In this document: positions 47,109 through 59,803 of the stretch, in pieces
Layout of the letters: the number at the start of each line of letters is the position of its first letter
Position numbering within the stretch: position 1 is the first letter of the stretch
Assembly: GCA_051942245.1 (NCBI GenBank)
Contig: JAVECL010000057.1
Span: forward strand, 1 to 64,000
Length of the DNA: 64,000 bases
Source of the DNA: Trypethelium eluteriae
Taxonomy: Eukaryota
Direction of reading: 5' to 3'
The notes under the pieces: model-generated
What the model was told of the DNA's origin: nothing
Seen by the model: the letters and a program-made list of their open reading frames with translations, nothing else
The model's database searches: none
Made by a program: the position numbers and the translations under genes

Positions 47109-47705
47109 TTACTCACGGCTCTCCACATAAGCCTTGAGATCATTTGCTTGCAGCTCGAACTGGCGCTGGAAGTCCGGCACCAGGTAGAGGATATTCCGTG
47201 CATTGGCTCCATACTGCGTCTGGTAGTTCACATATTGGACGAGTTCATCGCCCAGCGACACAAATAGCTGCACGTGCTCGGAGTGCCCCACGAATTGCTC
47301 CAGCTCAACATTCTTCCACGCGGCAAGATACGGCGGCTCAATATAGGTCATAATGTCGGTAGATGAGGTATTCGTGCCCGGTGGCACCCCTGTTGAGTTG
47401 AAGAGCACGGGAAGGCCGGGTTTCACTCCACTGGGGGTCTGTACGCCCGATGGCACGGAGGCGGTGTACACGAACTGGTTCCACTTGTAATAATCCCTGA
47501 AGTTGAGGATGGCGTTGGATGCTTGTACTATCGTGCCTTTGATGTTGATGGTTGCGCAGACGGTGAACACGCCGTCTCTGATGCCGTAGGTCGGCGTGGG
47601 ATAAATACCACTTGAACTGCAGTCTATTCTCTTGTAGATTTCGAGGTCCAGGGGTGCTGCTGCTACGAAAGGGAGGAGATAGAGTAGACCTTTAACGAAC
47701 AGCAT
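47109..47705 (-). CDS. Secreted SRPBCC/START-fold (polyketide-cyclase-like) protein
   Basis: Signal peptide MLFVKGLLYLLPFVAA, KR pro-site, VFTVCATINI....SNAILNFRDYYKWNQFV, SEHVQ, and C-terminal helix FELQANDLKAYVES. Confidence 0.72.
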   Translation of the reverse strand: MLFVKGLLYLLPFVAAAPLDLEIYKRIDCSSSGIYPTPTYGIRDGVFTVCATINIKGTIVQASNAILNFRDYYKWNQFVYTASVPSGVQTPSGVKPGLPVLFNSTGVPPGTNTSSTDIMTYIEPPYLAAWKNVELEQFVGHSEHVQLFVSLGDELVQYVNYQTQYGANARNILYLVPDFQRQFELQANDLKAYVESRE

Positions 47706-48446
47706 CGGGAGAAGTACGTCGCGAATTGATTCAATGATTGGTGAATAAGATTGTGTATAAGCATGTGCAGTGTATGGATGGGCCCTTGGCGGATACTCCT
47801 AATACTTATACAGAGAGTAATTTCGTATGCTAATGGAAATCTAGTCGGACAAGCGGATGGTCCAAATTATTGCACCAGTCTTTTCACATTAAGCAAGTCT
47901 TGAGAGAGCTTGCGATTGAGTCCTGCGCTTCGCTTCATGACTCGTGCTACGGTAAGCAGCCCGGTGTATTTATTCCGTCAGCGGCTTCGCTTCTTAGATG
48001 CGCCCAGCTATGATGGCATTGACTTCGATCTCGCTATCTTGTCAACAGGAGAAAGTAGCAATCCTCAGCTTAGGCGTATAATTACACCACCGCAGCTCAG
48101 ATATGCTTATTGTCCTCTTAGGCCTAAAAGTGGAAAAGGAAAGGGGTGTACAAACCGTTATCAGGTCAGGAGATCAGGACAATGCGCGGAGTTCCTTGAT
48201 CTTTAGGTGCGCAAGTTCTGAGCCGGCACAGCCAATCCCTGAGCGTTCTCAAGTCGTGCTTGGAATAGGTTCTATTAGCTTTACTCTTCTCTATAATTCC
48301 ACGTTGTGTACTTTGGTCTGTTACCCAAGAAGCAACAAACTTTTGAACAGTAAGCTGTTTTCCGTCCAGACCTAATCCTTCGACATCAATCCAACTTCCA
48401 GGCAGCAACGCATGGAGCAAGGGTCGTCAATAATAGCGTTGGGTGG

Positions 48447-51400
48447 TCAGGTTTTTTTCCACGTACATATACTGGTAGTATAAAAGAATTTGTAGCTCAG
48501 TGCAAATTTCTGAATCGTTTGTATTAAGGTAATGGTTGAGTTAGTTAATAATACTAAAGGAGTCTTATCCCAAAATTTTAAGGAGTCAATGAAGCCTGGA
48601 CTAGTACCCGAAATTGGAGTCTTGTAGCGGATCGATCTCAGCAAAGACAAACCTCTATGAGTCCTTGACGAATTGATATTTTCATATGCACCGCCAAACA
48701 CTAAGATGTTATCCTGAACGCATACTGGCTTTCTTTCACGCAGCCAGAGTAGTCCGATACCTGTTGGAAGCATGAAAATCGGTTCGGAGCCACAAATCAG
48801 CCGGTTACGCTCGAGGTATAAACCAGGTAAAGAAGTGCTCTGAGGTGCAAATATTACTGAACCTGGATCCGTGACATCAATAGGCCCTTTACCAGTGAAA
48901 ACAAAAAGCCTGTCCCTGAAGGATAAAATTCTCTCGATGCCACCCTGATCACTAAGGTTAAGTTGCTGGATCCGTTCGCCCGTCGCTATACTGCATAGTT
49001 CCACCGTGTTGATAGTGACATTTTGGCGGGTACTCTTTCCACTTAACGCCACAATTGTTCCATCAGGAGAGAAGGCTATGGTGGAACCGGCCATCGGATA
49101 TAGACTGCTCCCAAACTCCTTGGATATCGCGTTCACATTTAGATCCCATACACGGACCACACTAGGGGCTTTACTAGGAGGATCATCACCCGTGGAGGAG
49201 TTAACTTGGAGTCTGGTCGAGTAGGATGTCAGAAAGCGGCCATCTGGTGAGAATGAGACGGCATGGCAATCTGCTCCTTCTTCATGTCTGGATGTTGTTA
49301 CAAATCGTCCTCTGGCGATTTCGTAGAGCTCAATCTGCCCCGACGCGACCGCTAGCTTCTTGTTATCAGGTGAAAACGCAAAGTCACTGACCATACTGCG
49401 GCGCCGTGCAAGCTTCTTCAAATCTTGAGGCTTTCTTGGAAAATAATGATGCGATCGTCTCTCCATACATCCGAGTAGAATATCATGCCCCATGGCCAAT
49501 GCGATCTGTTTGGAGTCCGACGAAATCGATATTACGAACTTTGATATCGGGTATTCACCATAGGGTTTCGTAGAAAGCGGTCGTAAGCATTTCGAAGTTG
49601 GTATCTCCAGAAATGAGGTCGTTTTTAGCCAAGAAGGCTTTTCGTCAAGAGGTACTTGTCCCTCCAATAACCCACTAATGGCGGGATGCATGAAGGCTAA
49701 GTCGTAGATCTGTAGTGGAGTTTTATGTAGATCTCTATTAGAAACAAATTGATCGATGGCCAGCCGATAATGTAGAAGTTTTCGGGCCGATGTTACCTTT
49801 GACAAACCTCTTAAACGCTTCAAACGAGCACTAACGGGCAGGATCGATAGCAAAAGTTCCATGAACTCTCTACTGTAACCGAATCCAAAGCCAAAATCTA
49901 GCATGAAGCTAAACGAATAAAAAATTTCAGGTTTGCCCAACACGTACACGGCTTCGACCCAATGTAAAAAATGCTTCTGGAGGAAGTTTACGACTACTTG
50001 GCTAGGAGTGTCGTGGAATGAGAGATGGTAGAATCCGAAGAGCACAGAATACTGCACATGTCGCGGAATGCACTCAGTCACGTTAGCGTGATTTATCTGA
50101 GACTGGACGATTTCTTGCTTTTTTAGATTGCATATGTTTCTTTTCAAGGAACAGCCCATGTAATTCAACGCCCGAGTTGCAATCCACCAATGAATCTTTG
50201 ATTCTCTGTTTCTTCCCGAGAAGATTCCAGAGCCGGGGCCTTTGTCGAAGTAGTCGCGCGTAGACTGATGGAGAAAATGGATCGTTTCTCCGCGAATCGT
50301 GAGGAACGAACCGCACTGCTCGACCAGAGTTTGCGTGTCTTGCTTTCCCTGAGTAGGATTAACTGCATCAACTGGGAGCTCAGCAAACTTAGCAAGTTCG
50401 TCCAGATGGAGTGGACGGTATGCTATTTTGATGATGCGGAGAATTCTTAGAGATATCGACTCTTTCTGCATTTTGGCTTTCGCGTACAAGCTCGAGCATA
50501 CGATCGTAGAGAGGGACAAGATCTCTTGGGAAAGTTCGAAGGAGAGCTTTGATGTCGCTCGTCACTAGTCCGTGGCGCCTTCCGAGTTCCTTGCAAATTA
50601 AAGCTACCCAAAGAAACGTACCCCCAGCGTTATCGGTAAGATACTTCTTCACGAATTGGAGAAGCTCTGAGCTGTAGTTTTTTCGACACGCTAGCTGCTC
50701 ACACTTGATGTCGATGAATCTGTCAACTGCTTTGGAGACATTGGTTGAATTCACCTCAAGGCTCGTATCCTGACAGAGGTTCCGAAGGGATTCACTAATT
50801 TTCGGCTCATTGCGGCTTGTCAGTATCCATTTCACTTTGCGCCATGGACTCAGGTCAATTCGTGTAAGAAGATTAAGGAATATCTCAAGAAGGTCCTCCT
50901 CACCCTTATTTTTCTCGAGAGGAGAGTGTCTGCACTCATCAAGAGCGTCCACAAGCAAGTACACTCGGTCAATACTTGGGTCCTTTATCATCGCCGAAAG
51001 TGTATCCCACAGTTCAACGAGTAGATTTTCTCTGTCAATCCCATTTTTCAGCTTAGTTTGAAGGATTTTGATCAACTGTCGGTTGCTGTGGGCGAGAGAG
51101 TATGTGAGACCGCGAATAATCCCTTCTGTGCTACTCAATTCCGGCACTGTGCTCTGGCAGAAGAAGTATGATATCGTCCTTCTGTCAGACGTTTGTTGGA
51201 TTCTTTCAGATAATTCATCAATTATGGCCATCATCATCATGGTCTTCCCTTTGCCTGGATCGCCATGTATCCACAGAATCCTATATTCATCGCCGTCATT
51301 CTTCCACCAGCTGATGAAAGATGGATCATCGAAGACCCAGTTGCACGAGCCTTCGATTAATGGATCTTTGTGTTTCAGAATTCTCATCTTTTCGACTTCA

Positions 51401-52452
51401 GGGTTTTTGGAGGACCAGTTTTGCAGGATCTGGCTATCTTCACGATCTGACCAGTCACGTCAGTAAGACTATTGCAGCATTTGTGATCACGTCGACTACT
51501 CACCCGCTTCTAACAATGTCCCAGTCCCAGGAATCAATGACAATATCTCTCTTGCACATGCTGCTGCCGTCGCTGCAGCGAAAGGCTGCCATCCTTTGTT
51601 TTTATGCGAGTCAGAGTAGTCGCATATTCCTCGGATGACCAGGCACGGAAAAAAATTCATAAGTCCGGCGGCTTCCATTTCGTAACAAAGCACGTCCTTA
51701 AGATCAGTGCTTAATTTGTCCCTTGTAGTGCCATCCTTCATCACTCTGTTACCAGATGCTATTGTTCCGTAATGTATGACAGTCTCGTTGGCCATCCTCG
51801 GCTTCCATTTCACTAATCTCTTGATACTACAGTCGTCGCAAGTTGCACCCTGGTTATGATCATAGCTGGACTCAAATAACCTGTCAAGTCCGGCCTGGTC
51901 CCGGTCAAACTTACCAGTCTCGACATGACTGAACCGTGCGAGATGGTGAGAAACTGTACTTCTGCGACGATCATGATTGGATCGTAGCTTCGAGACGGCC
52001 TGGAGGAGGACCTGCGGTGGCGCATTGAGGGAACCAGTGCGAATGAGCTGGCCCGTTTTTTCCACTTTGCCAAGGTCATACTGTACCACACCTCCAAATT
52101 CGCCAGTCGGATGACTAATGACGACATCTCCTAGCCTGATATCAACTTTATCGCTTGGAACACCACCTCCTACGCCAACCATCAAGCCGAACTGGAAGGA
52201 CTTGAACTTCGACTTCAACCGCGCGGCAACTGCAGCCGCAGAACTCCCGCCTATCTGTCCTGCCGAGAGGCAAACTAGGACGACGTTGTGATCACCTATC
52301 CGTCCAAGGGTGTATAGATTTGGATCGCTTTGGTCTGGGGGAGGGCTTTTGTGTTCTTCATCTAGCATTTCGGTAGCTGCGGCAAGTTCGATTGGCAATG
52401 CGCAGATCCATCCTACCGTGTATTCGCCCAAATTCAGTCGACGTTTTGGCAT
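48447..52452 (-). pseudogene. Fungal NLR (PNP_UDP_1 - NACHT - WD40), frameshifted near 50450
   Basis: PNP domain: YTVGWICALPIELAAA, LMVGVGGG, EMEAAG, IRGICDYSDSHKNK. One intron at about 51448-51503. Walker A GDPGKGKT, Walker B LLVDALDEC. The frame switches between YDRMLELV and LRILRII..AYRPLHLDEL. WD repeats are degenerate (FSPDNKKLA, FSPDGRFL..VRVWD). Confidence 0.85.
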
Positions 52453-53535
52453 TGTGCGGAAAGTCTAGCATCGGCTGCTCCGGATGCGTCGCTCGGCGAG
52501 TAGAAGGGGATGGCACTTGTCCTGGCAGTTGGCCAGCCTCGTAAATGTCACTGACTGCCGGGTGAAGTAGCGATGCTTTGACTGGCTGAGACAGAGGATA
52601 CTGCTGCTCCAGAGGGCGCAAGAAGCTGAGCATTGTTGCTGGCTTGTGGACTGTGGACGACGAAGACGGGAGTGCCAAGATAGTGCGAGCCTGCGAGGCG
52701 GTGTGACCAGCCTGTATGCACTCTACCGAATGTAGGGTATACATTGCAGCTGATGCGCGTTGACTCGGTTGAATGGCGAGACCACCCTTCGATGTAATCA
52801 GGACGGAATTTGGGGTGTTAGAACTACTACATAACAAACCGTTTAAACACCAAGTTCACGCATGGCTGGACCCCTGTATCGCAAGCGCTTGCTTATTGCC
52901 CTATAGTCTAGAGTGTTATGCCAGGGTATCCCAAGGTACTACCAAATTTCCCACGGTCGTCAAATTTTGCTGCGCGCTAAAAGTATACGTACCTGGCACG
53001 TCGAGCTAGACATGCCCATTTACGAGATGTGTAACCCTTGGTAAACTGATTGGACTGACCGAATTCATCGCTGAGGAGGGGACTTGCACTCAGGCTTCAC
53101 ATCCTTGTCAATGCATCTCCCAGGGTGGTCACGCTGGTAATATGTGTGACCTTATCCTCAACTTACTAGCTGAATGCTTGCTGCTGCTCATGAGATACAT
53201 GGTCAGACCAGTTTGGTCATTTGGAATACCGCAATGACCCTTGATTTAAGCTCCAATGTTCTCGCCATCGTAAAAGCCGACATAAAGGCGGCCTCGAAGA
53301 CTTCAAGGACGTAGTCCAGTCAGGTCCTAGTGCTTGACGAAGTAATTTTGTCCCAAATGGGAGAGTTAAGACTCCAACCAAGGATGCAGCCAACTGCTAC
53401 CAGGTCAGGGCAATGCACAGAGTTCCTTGGTCTTTACGCGAGCAAGCTCTGAGCGGGCACAGCTAACCTTTTAGCTTCCCCAAAGTCCTGGTCGGCATAA
53501 ATTCTATTTTCTTTACCAGCCTCTGTGATTCGATG

Positions 53536-54559
53536 TTATAGGCCTTGATACATTATCCAAGAAGCAACAATCTTTTCACCAGCAAGCTGTTTACCATTCA
53601 GAACCGAACCTTCGGCATTAGATACGAATTCGTCAAACAAGGCCTCAGTTGGAAGGCACACCCACCAGACGCGTACGCCCTTTGACCGAGCAACTCTGCT
53701 GCCATTTATGAGAACAGCCCTTAGCTGATATTCTTCAAAAAAAAAAAGCCGAAAGAGCGCGAGGTGTTTTAACGGAGGTTGGTAGGATATCGCCATGACT
53801 TGCCGTAATGCGTACCTTGAATGGCAAACGTTTCCAGTTCCGTGGAGGAGTCGAGTATAGTCTCGTTTCCGGAGCTTTTTCATACTTAAAGGTGCCCAAA
53901 GAAATGAGACCAGAGACCACCGCCAACATCCTTACAGCGTCATTGGACGCTCTGTGACCATGAGGCCGACCTTTCCCCAGAGCTCGATCTCTAAGGCCCA
54001 TCGCCGCCATCGTTTTAAGGAGGCTTGGACGTGAGCCACATCTCTCTTCGACGATTTCCTGCGTATCTACCCAATATTTAAATCGTGATAAAAACGATGG
54101 GCATTCTCGAGATATCCAGTCAAATTCCGTGTACACGTCAAAGCCAACGAGAATAAGCTGGCGAGTACTTGAAGATTCGACAGTAGATAGGAAATGGGTT
54201 AGTGTTCCGCTGACTTGATCGCTGTTAACAGTAATACGGTCTCCGTACTTGATACATTCGTGCCTTTTCTTCGAGTCCATCTCGCGAACGCTAATAGTAT
54301 ACGCCTGAACAGCGTTTTGGTCGTAGAATATTTTCAGTGTACCATCGTGAGACAGGGAGGATGATCTTTCGGCAGAGGCTGTGATACAGGCAAGGCCGAC
54401 TTCGTTGACCCTGGTGACAGGACCTTCAATATCAAATGCCACTAATGTTGAGCCTAAGACACACTTTCTTAGCATTTCAAGATCTGTTATGTGTGCGACA
54501 GATGAATGCCAAAGCGAACCAAGCCGCTTGACGAAAGGTGGTTCCTTTCCGAGCAACAT
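53536..54559 (-). pseudogene. DEDDh exonuclease-fold protein (QIP/Gfd2-like) with a C-terminal extension cut off by a homopolymer frameshift
   Basis: LVAFDIEG..EVGLA, LILVGFD, VDTQ and GHRASNDAVRMLA. The ORF stops inside a T11 run (A11 at 53737-53747 on +); the next frame continues for about 65 aa. This could equally be an intact gene with a sequencing error. Confidence 0.65.
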
Positions 54560-55836
54560 GACGCCTAGATAAAGAGCCTAAAAGACTGCGCGGTTTAAAG
54601 TATGTGTAGGGCTAGAGATGGAGTAGGACCCTGACCTCATAAAGAGCAATTAGATCTCCGAGGTGACGACATGGAGGGAAATAGGATTATTATTAGTGGG
54701 ATCCCGCGTGTATGGTGCGAAGCAGGTGGAGGTGACTTTGGAGGTTACCATGGAAAGGACCTCAGTAGCGTACCGGCAAATCCTTCCCCCGACGCCTACA
54801 CGTAACCTGGGAAAAGCCTAGAATCTAGCATATCAAGTTCTTTTGGGTCAGTATAAGTACAATGGCTTGAATTATTCGATCATTGTCCGGCACGGATGGG
54901 CGGGGCGGGAAACGCAGTAGGCTGAGGTCGAGGACATCACTCGTTATGGGGTATTTGTTAATGTATCATTAGCATGATATTAGTAGCGAGACTGGTGACA
55001 CCTATCCCATTCGTGGGGCCGGATTCGACTCTCGGGGCCGTCGTTGTCGTGCGTTGCTTTCTCCCTCTTTTTTTGTCGTCAAAAACTCCAGTGATCAATA
55101 TGGCTGAATATTTTGCTTCATAGATTGCTCTCAGAGCTCGGCGATGAACGAGGACCAAATTTGCAGTTGAGACGGTTCTAGAAAGGGCCAAAAAGGTGAT
55201 ACTTCCATGTAACACTTAGGTGGTAACGCTTACGTAGTAATGGACGAAACCTAGAGAAATAGAACCCGCTTTAGAAAAATCATCAGTCCTCCGCGGCGTG
55301 AATATCACGAGAGCAGAGAGTGGGCGCAGATATCGTATGTAGAGGTGAAGAAGATGATCGAGTGTAGAACATACCGTCCTATATCTAGATTAAAATGCTA
55401 GTTGTACAAGCATGTACTGGTACACGAAAGGCAATTAGAGAGACTTGAGGGTGGGATATGGAGAACTGATGTTGCCTCAAGTGCCATTTCCTATTCATAG
55501 TATTGAGCCGATGGTGGAAAACGATGAGCAGGAGGCGGCGAAAATCGTGATTGTGAGCTGAGCGTTTGAGATCGAATCATTCAGATAAAATCCTTTTATG
55601 CAGACAAGATTTTACCCGGTCTGCGCCACGACGCTTCAAATCTAGCCAGATATGTCTCGCCAGCTCCTCAACACTTTCTTCCCCTGGTGTGACCCGCACT
55701 TCTGCGGGGCTGGACTTTTTGTCTCCACCTTCTTCAGAAGCGGAATTTCGTCTTTTCGAAGCGCCACAAAGCGTAAGAAATGCATTATCTTCAGCGAAGA
55801 CATTTGGTCAAACGATTAAATGGGCACCTTTGATGA

Positions 55837-58656
55837 TCAGGTGCCAAAGAAATCCAGGAGCTCGTCTTGCGTTCCCACCTTTCTCTTCTTTGCCGAGCAT
55901 TGAGGGCAGAACACATGACTGCAACCCGCCCCATAGCCCTGGCAATTCTTGTAAAGATGATAATTATATGGACCCCCACTGCATCGACACTACACGTCAA
56001 ATCAGTAATCGATGGAACGAGCAACTTTGGACAGGGTGGGCGACACTTACACAATACATCTCCACAATCTCCTGACCGCGAGCAACGCCGTATGCCTCTC
56101 CATTTATCACCTCGTTCTCCGACCGCTGCCTCTTCCTCGCGGTCCCCGCCCCGACCCCTGGCCCCTCCGGATTTCTGAAATCCGCCGGTCCAGGCCCTGG
56201 CGCAGGTCCCGACCCCGTCCCATTCTGCGTCGGCGCACCCTTCCCCTCTGCTGTCGAGGACGACAGCGCCGCACCACCATTCGAATACTCGAACATGTTG
56301 CTCTCCATCTCCCGCGCCTGCTGGCCCTTCAACTTATTCGTCTCTAGGCACAGCCAGTCCTGGATATTTGCGTTCTCCTTATTGAAGTGGTCGCCAATGT
56401 GCTTGAAGCGCTCATCCCAGGCCTCGCGGCCGCGGTGGTCGAGCTTGATGACGTCGCGGCAGAAGCCGCACCAGAAGCGGCCCTGGCCGTTGCGGCCGAT
56501 GTGCCGGTCGCGGCACTCGTCCTTGGCCTGGTCTTCGGTGCAGCCGTGGGTTTTGAGGAGGTGGGTGCAGAAGATGTCCTTTTCGTAGAAGACCAGACAG
56601 CATTCCTGGCCGGAACTGTCTCGACACCGGCAGCGATACGTCTCCTGTTGGAAGTGCTGCGAGTTTTCGTGCCGCTTCCAGTCGTTTTTGGAGCCGAATC
56701 TTTTCTTACACCGCGGAAAGGTACATCCATAGGGCCGAGTATGGCGTTTCATGTGTTTGCTGTTGCTAGTTAGCAGGGCTGAGGTGAATGGACTCATGGC
56801 GATACTGACTTCAATTCGCAATTACGAGGCAATTGCTTGTGACACATTGGACATTCCTCGCCTCCGATACTGCCGTTCGTTCGCGGCCGAGCAGGTGCTG
56901 CTCGTTGCTTCTGGGAATTATCCGTCATGAGCTTAGCAAGCATAGCCTCCATTCGATTTTTGATCTCGTTTATTTCTTCCGGGCTAGCTGCCGTCTGCGC
57001 ATCTCCAGTATCAGACTGCTCGTACATGGTTTCATTCAATTGCGATGTGACTGCAGTCTCGAGAACTTGCATTACTGCTTCGGTAAGCTTGTTATTGGCT
57101 CTTGTTTTCTCGGCTAACGTCCTAGCAATAACTGATAAGGCCTGCTTTGGATCTATATCGAGGCTCTGCTGTGATGACCGCAACAGATCGGGACCTGGCC
57201 ACCCGCCGTTTGCCGTTGGCTGCTCCCCGTTGACAACCATGGATGGCTGCCAGTGGTTGACAGCAGCATTTGCCAAGGCATCCAGACCATCACTGCCGCC
57301 ACGAGATTTCAGCTGACCTGCAATTGGCGCTGCATTGGCATGAGATATTGAGTTCCGTTGGGAACTCGTATGAGACTCGGCTGTGCCATTCATAAGCGAA
57401 CTAGACCGCGCACCAACCGGAGCGGAGTGATTGTGCTGTTGTGTACTTTGGACACCATTTTGGCTTGGTAATGGCCATGCGGGAGACGGGTGATATTGTC
57501 GCGAAGGTGGCACGGGGGACGGGTTGAAATGTAAAGGTGCAAGTTGCTGTACATCTGGCTCATGATTTGCAGTGGATTGTGGATTTAGTGCCCCATTCGA
57601 AAGCGCTTTTGACGCGAAAGTCGCCTCTGCCCGAAGTTTGATCGCAAGCTCTTCAGATCTGCTTTTAGTCAATACTTTGCCTTTCACGTGCGTAGATTCG
57701 AACGACCCACTTTCGTATTAGTTCCTCGGTATTCTCGTCAGGGTGAATCTTGATTACATGTTGCCGGAAGTTATCAAGCCGCGGCCAAATTTTAGATTTC
57801 TTTCTACACTGCTCCGACGCACATTTATAGCTGCGATCTGAGCCATGAGTGGGGGCAATATTATGTTTGCTCTTTTTGTGCCGATCAAGATCGTTTGCTG
57901 ACGTGAAGCCTTCTTTGCGTTGGCAGCCAGGGACATCGCATTTGTGAGGCTTCTCATGCCTCGTGACATGTTTTCTATTCTTATCAGTCTGGAGCCTATT
58001 TGAGGAGAGCATGAAGCGTACTTGAACTCTGATTTGCATTTCTGTATTTCCCCACAATGAGGACACCTGAGCGAATTTATTGCCAGCGTTTGTCTTGCGC
58101 CGAGAGCTTGTTGAGTGGTCGGAAATTGAAGAACACCATGATGACCATGGCGAGACTGGCCGCTATACGGTTGCATGCTACCTAAGCGCGCGGATAGATC
58201 GTTTGTTTCACCGCCAGAATCAAAGCTATGTACAGATCGTGTAGTAGCAGCTTGCGTAATGTAACCCGAGTCAGATCTACATGGTACCGCAACAGAACTG
58301 CCCACTTCTGACGAGGGCGCGCTACTGTGGTGGTCATAACCTGCTACATCTGGAGCGGCAGAGCGCGGCTGCGACGTTAGAGTTCTTTGAGGAGGGACCG
58401 GCATCGTATACGATGGTAGAGATTGCTGGGGTATCCATGGGTCGTCACGCCCTGCGTAAAATCGCGTTAATGGATCTGTGTCGGTCTGCTCAGGCTGCAA
58501 CAGCGAAGGTCTAGGAGCATCGTTCAAATCATCGATGGGGATGCTCAATGGATAATTGCCTCGATTCGCACTTGGAGTGTTCAAATTGAAGTTATCCCAA
58601 GCGGACTGGGTGAGGACCGGAGGGTCAATCGGCGTAGGTCGACCGGGTGGGGGCAT
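55837..58656 (-). CDS. Multi-C2H2 zinc-finger protein with a C-terminal Cys-rich motif
   Basis: CPHC..HVTRHEKPHKCDVPGC..DLDRHKKSKH, WPRLDNFRQHVIKIH, KHMKRHTRPYGCTFPRC..DWKRHENSQH and RFWCGFC..RFKHIGDHF. The final exon reads CRC..GP..C..CSHVFCPQC. Four introns. Confidence 0.88.
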
Positions 58657-59803
58657 TGCTCGAGGATTTCTCCATTGACTTGGAACGAATTGGTTGCGAC
58701 TTGGGTCTCGATGCGGGTCACCGTACTGTACGATTTTGTCATTAAAGAGGCGGAATGCGGCTGAGCGAAGCGATCAGCCTTACAGACTGGGGGCTGTGAC
58801 TCGGCAGCCGGTTATCTTCTGACATTGTCAACCCGTCCAGACCCAGATCATAGTGTCGAGAATTGAGGATGGGTCACCCAGGATAATGGATGTGAGTCAA
58901 GGGGAGATAAAGACGTCAAGCTTAGCGCAACAAAGTGGCAGCGTGGGAAGATGAATGCCGAAAAAAAAAGTCGGCAGCGCGCCCCGTCTAGTTTGAGGGC
59001 TAGCGGGTGGAGTGAGTTGAGATAGGGACGAATGGAAATGATGCAGGACAGTGTGATGGAAAGTGGCCAAGATAGTTTACTGCAGTCACCAGTTCAGCCA
59101 GCCGCCCCGGCATACACCTAGACAGGGAAGAAGAGAGATGAAGAGGACGGTTGCGGCATTTTGCTACGAGCTGCTTATGGTGGTACAGGACAGAGGTCGC
59201 CCGTGTTGGTCGAAGGGCCGCGGCTAGCAGTTCATCTATTCGCGCGCGATGCGGAGAGAGTGCGTGATGCGTCTGATGACGGCGACGTGTGGAGACGGAC
59301 GAGACCGAGGGCCCGTGGAGGCCCGTGGAGGCCCGTGTTAGGAGGTAGGCCTGTGAGTAGGTAGGGTGGCAGGTAGGACGTGGTGTTGAGCGTGGCATGG
59401 CGTGATGCAGGGCCAACAAGGCAGAAATGTCTCTGTTGCTGCCTGGAGGTGGGCTTGGGCGTCGTCTGTGTATCAGCCCTGCCATTGGATCGCCATTGGT
59501 CGCCACCCGCGCCCGCGCCCAATCAGCGCCCGCCGCTAACGCACTAATCCACCTAATCCACCCGCCGGTTGGCCTGAGCATCTGCGTCAGATACACCAGA
59601 AAGCGCTAACAATTTACAGCCCCAATTTCTGTCCAATTTCTGATTGAACGTCGGGAAGCATCTCCCTTTCCATCAAGCTCGCTCCATGCTGCATCGAGAT
59701 CCAGGTCCTCCTCAGCTACTCCCAATAACATCTATACCATGATCTGCATCGCTGAGAAGCGAAGGGCAGGTAACCCTCGTGCAGCCGTGAGCACGCTCCC
59801 ACT

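Noticed and set aside
48100..48620. AT/TpA-rich patch and ORF 48166..48420 at the NLR 3' end, as a RIP-mutated transposon or an extra exon
   Set aside because: Too short, with no terminal repeat or transposase motif; it cannot be supported by eye.
52358..52837. 159-aa ORF overlapping the NLR start
   Set aside because: No recognisable motif; it is out of frame with the PNP domain and probably lies in the 5' UTR or promoter.
4501..54559. An RNA-silencing cluster made of the GW-repeat protein, Ars2 and the QIP-like exonuclease
   Set aside because: The genes are 15-28 kb apart with unrelated genes between them; there is no evidence beyond coincidence.
59000..59609. ORFs between the two C2H2 genes
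   Set aside because: Low-complexity products of GC-rich intergenic DNA with no domain signal.
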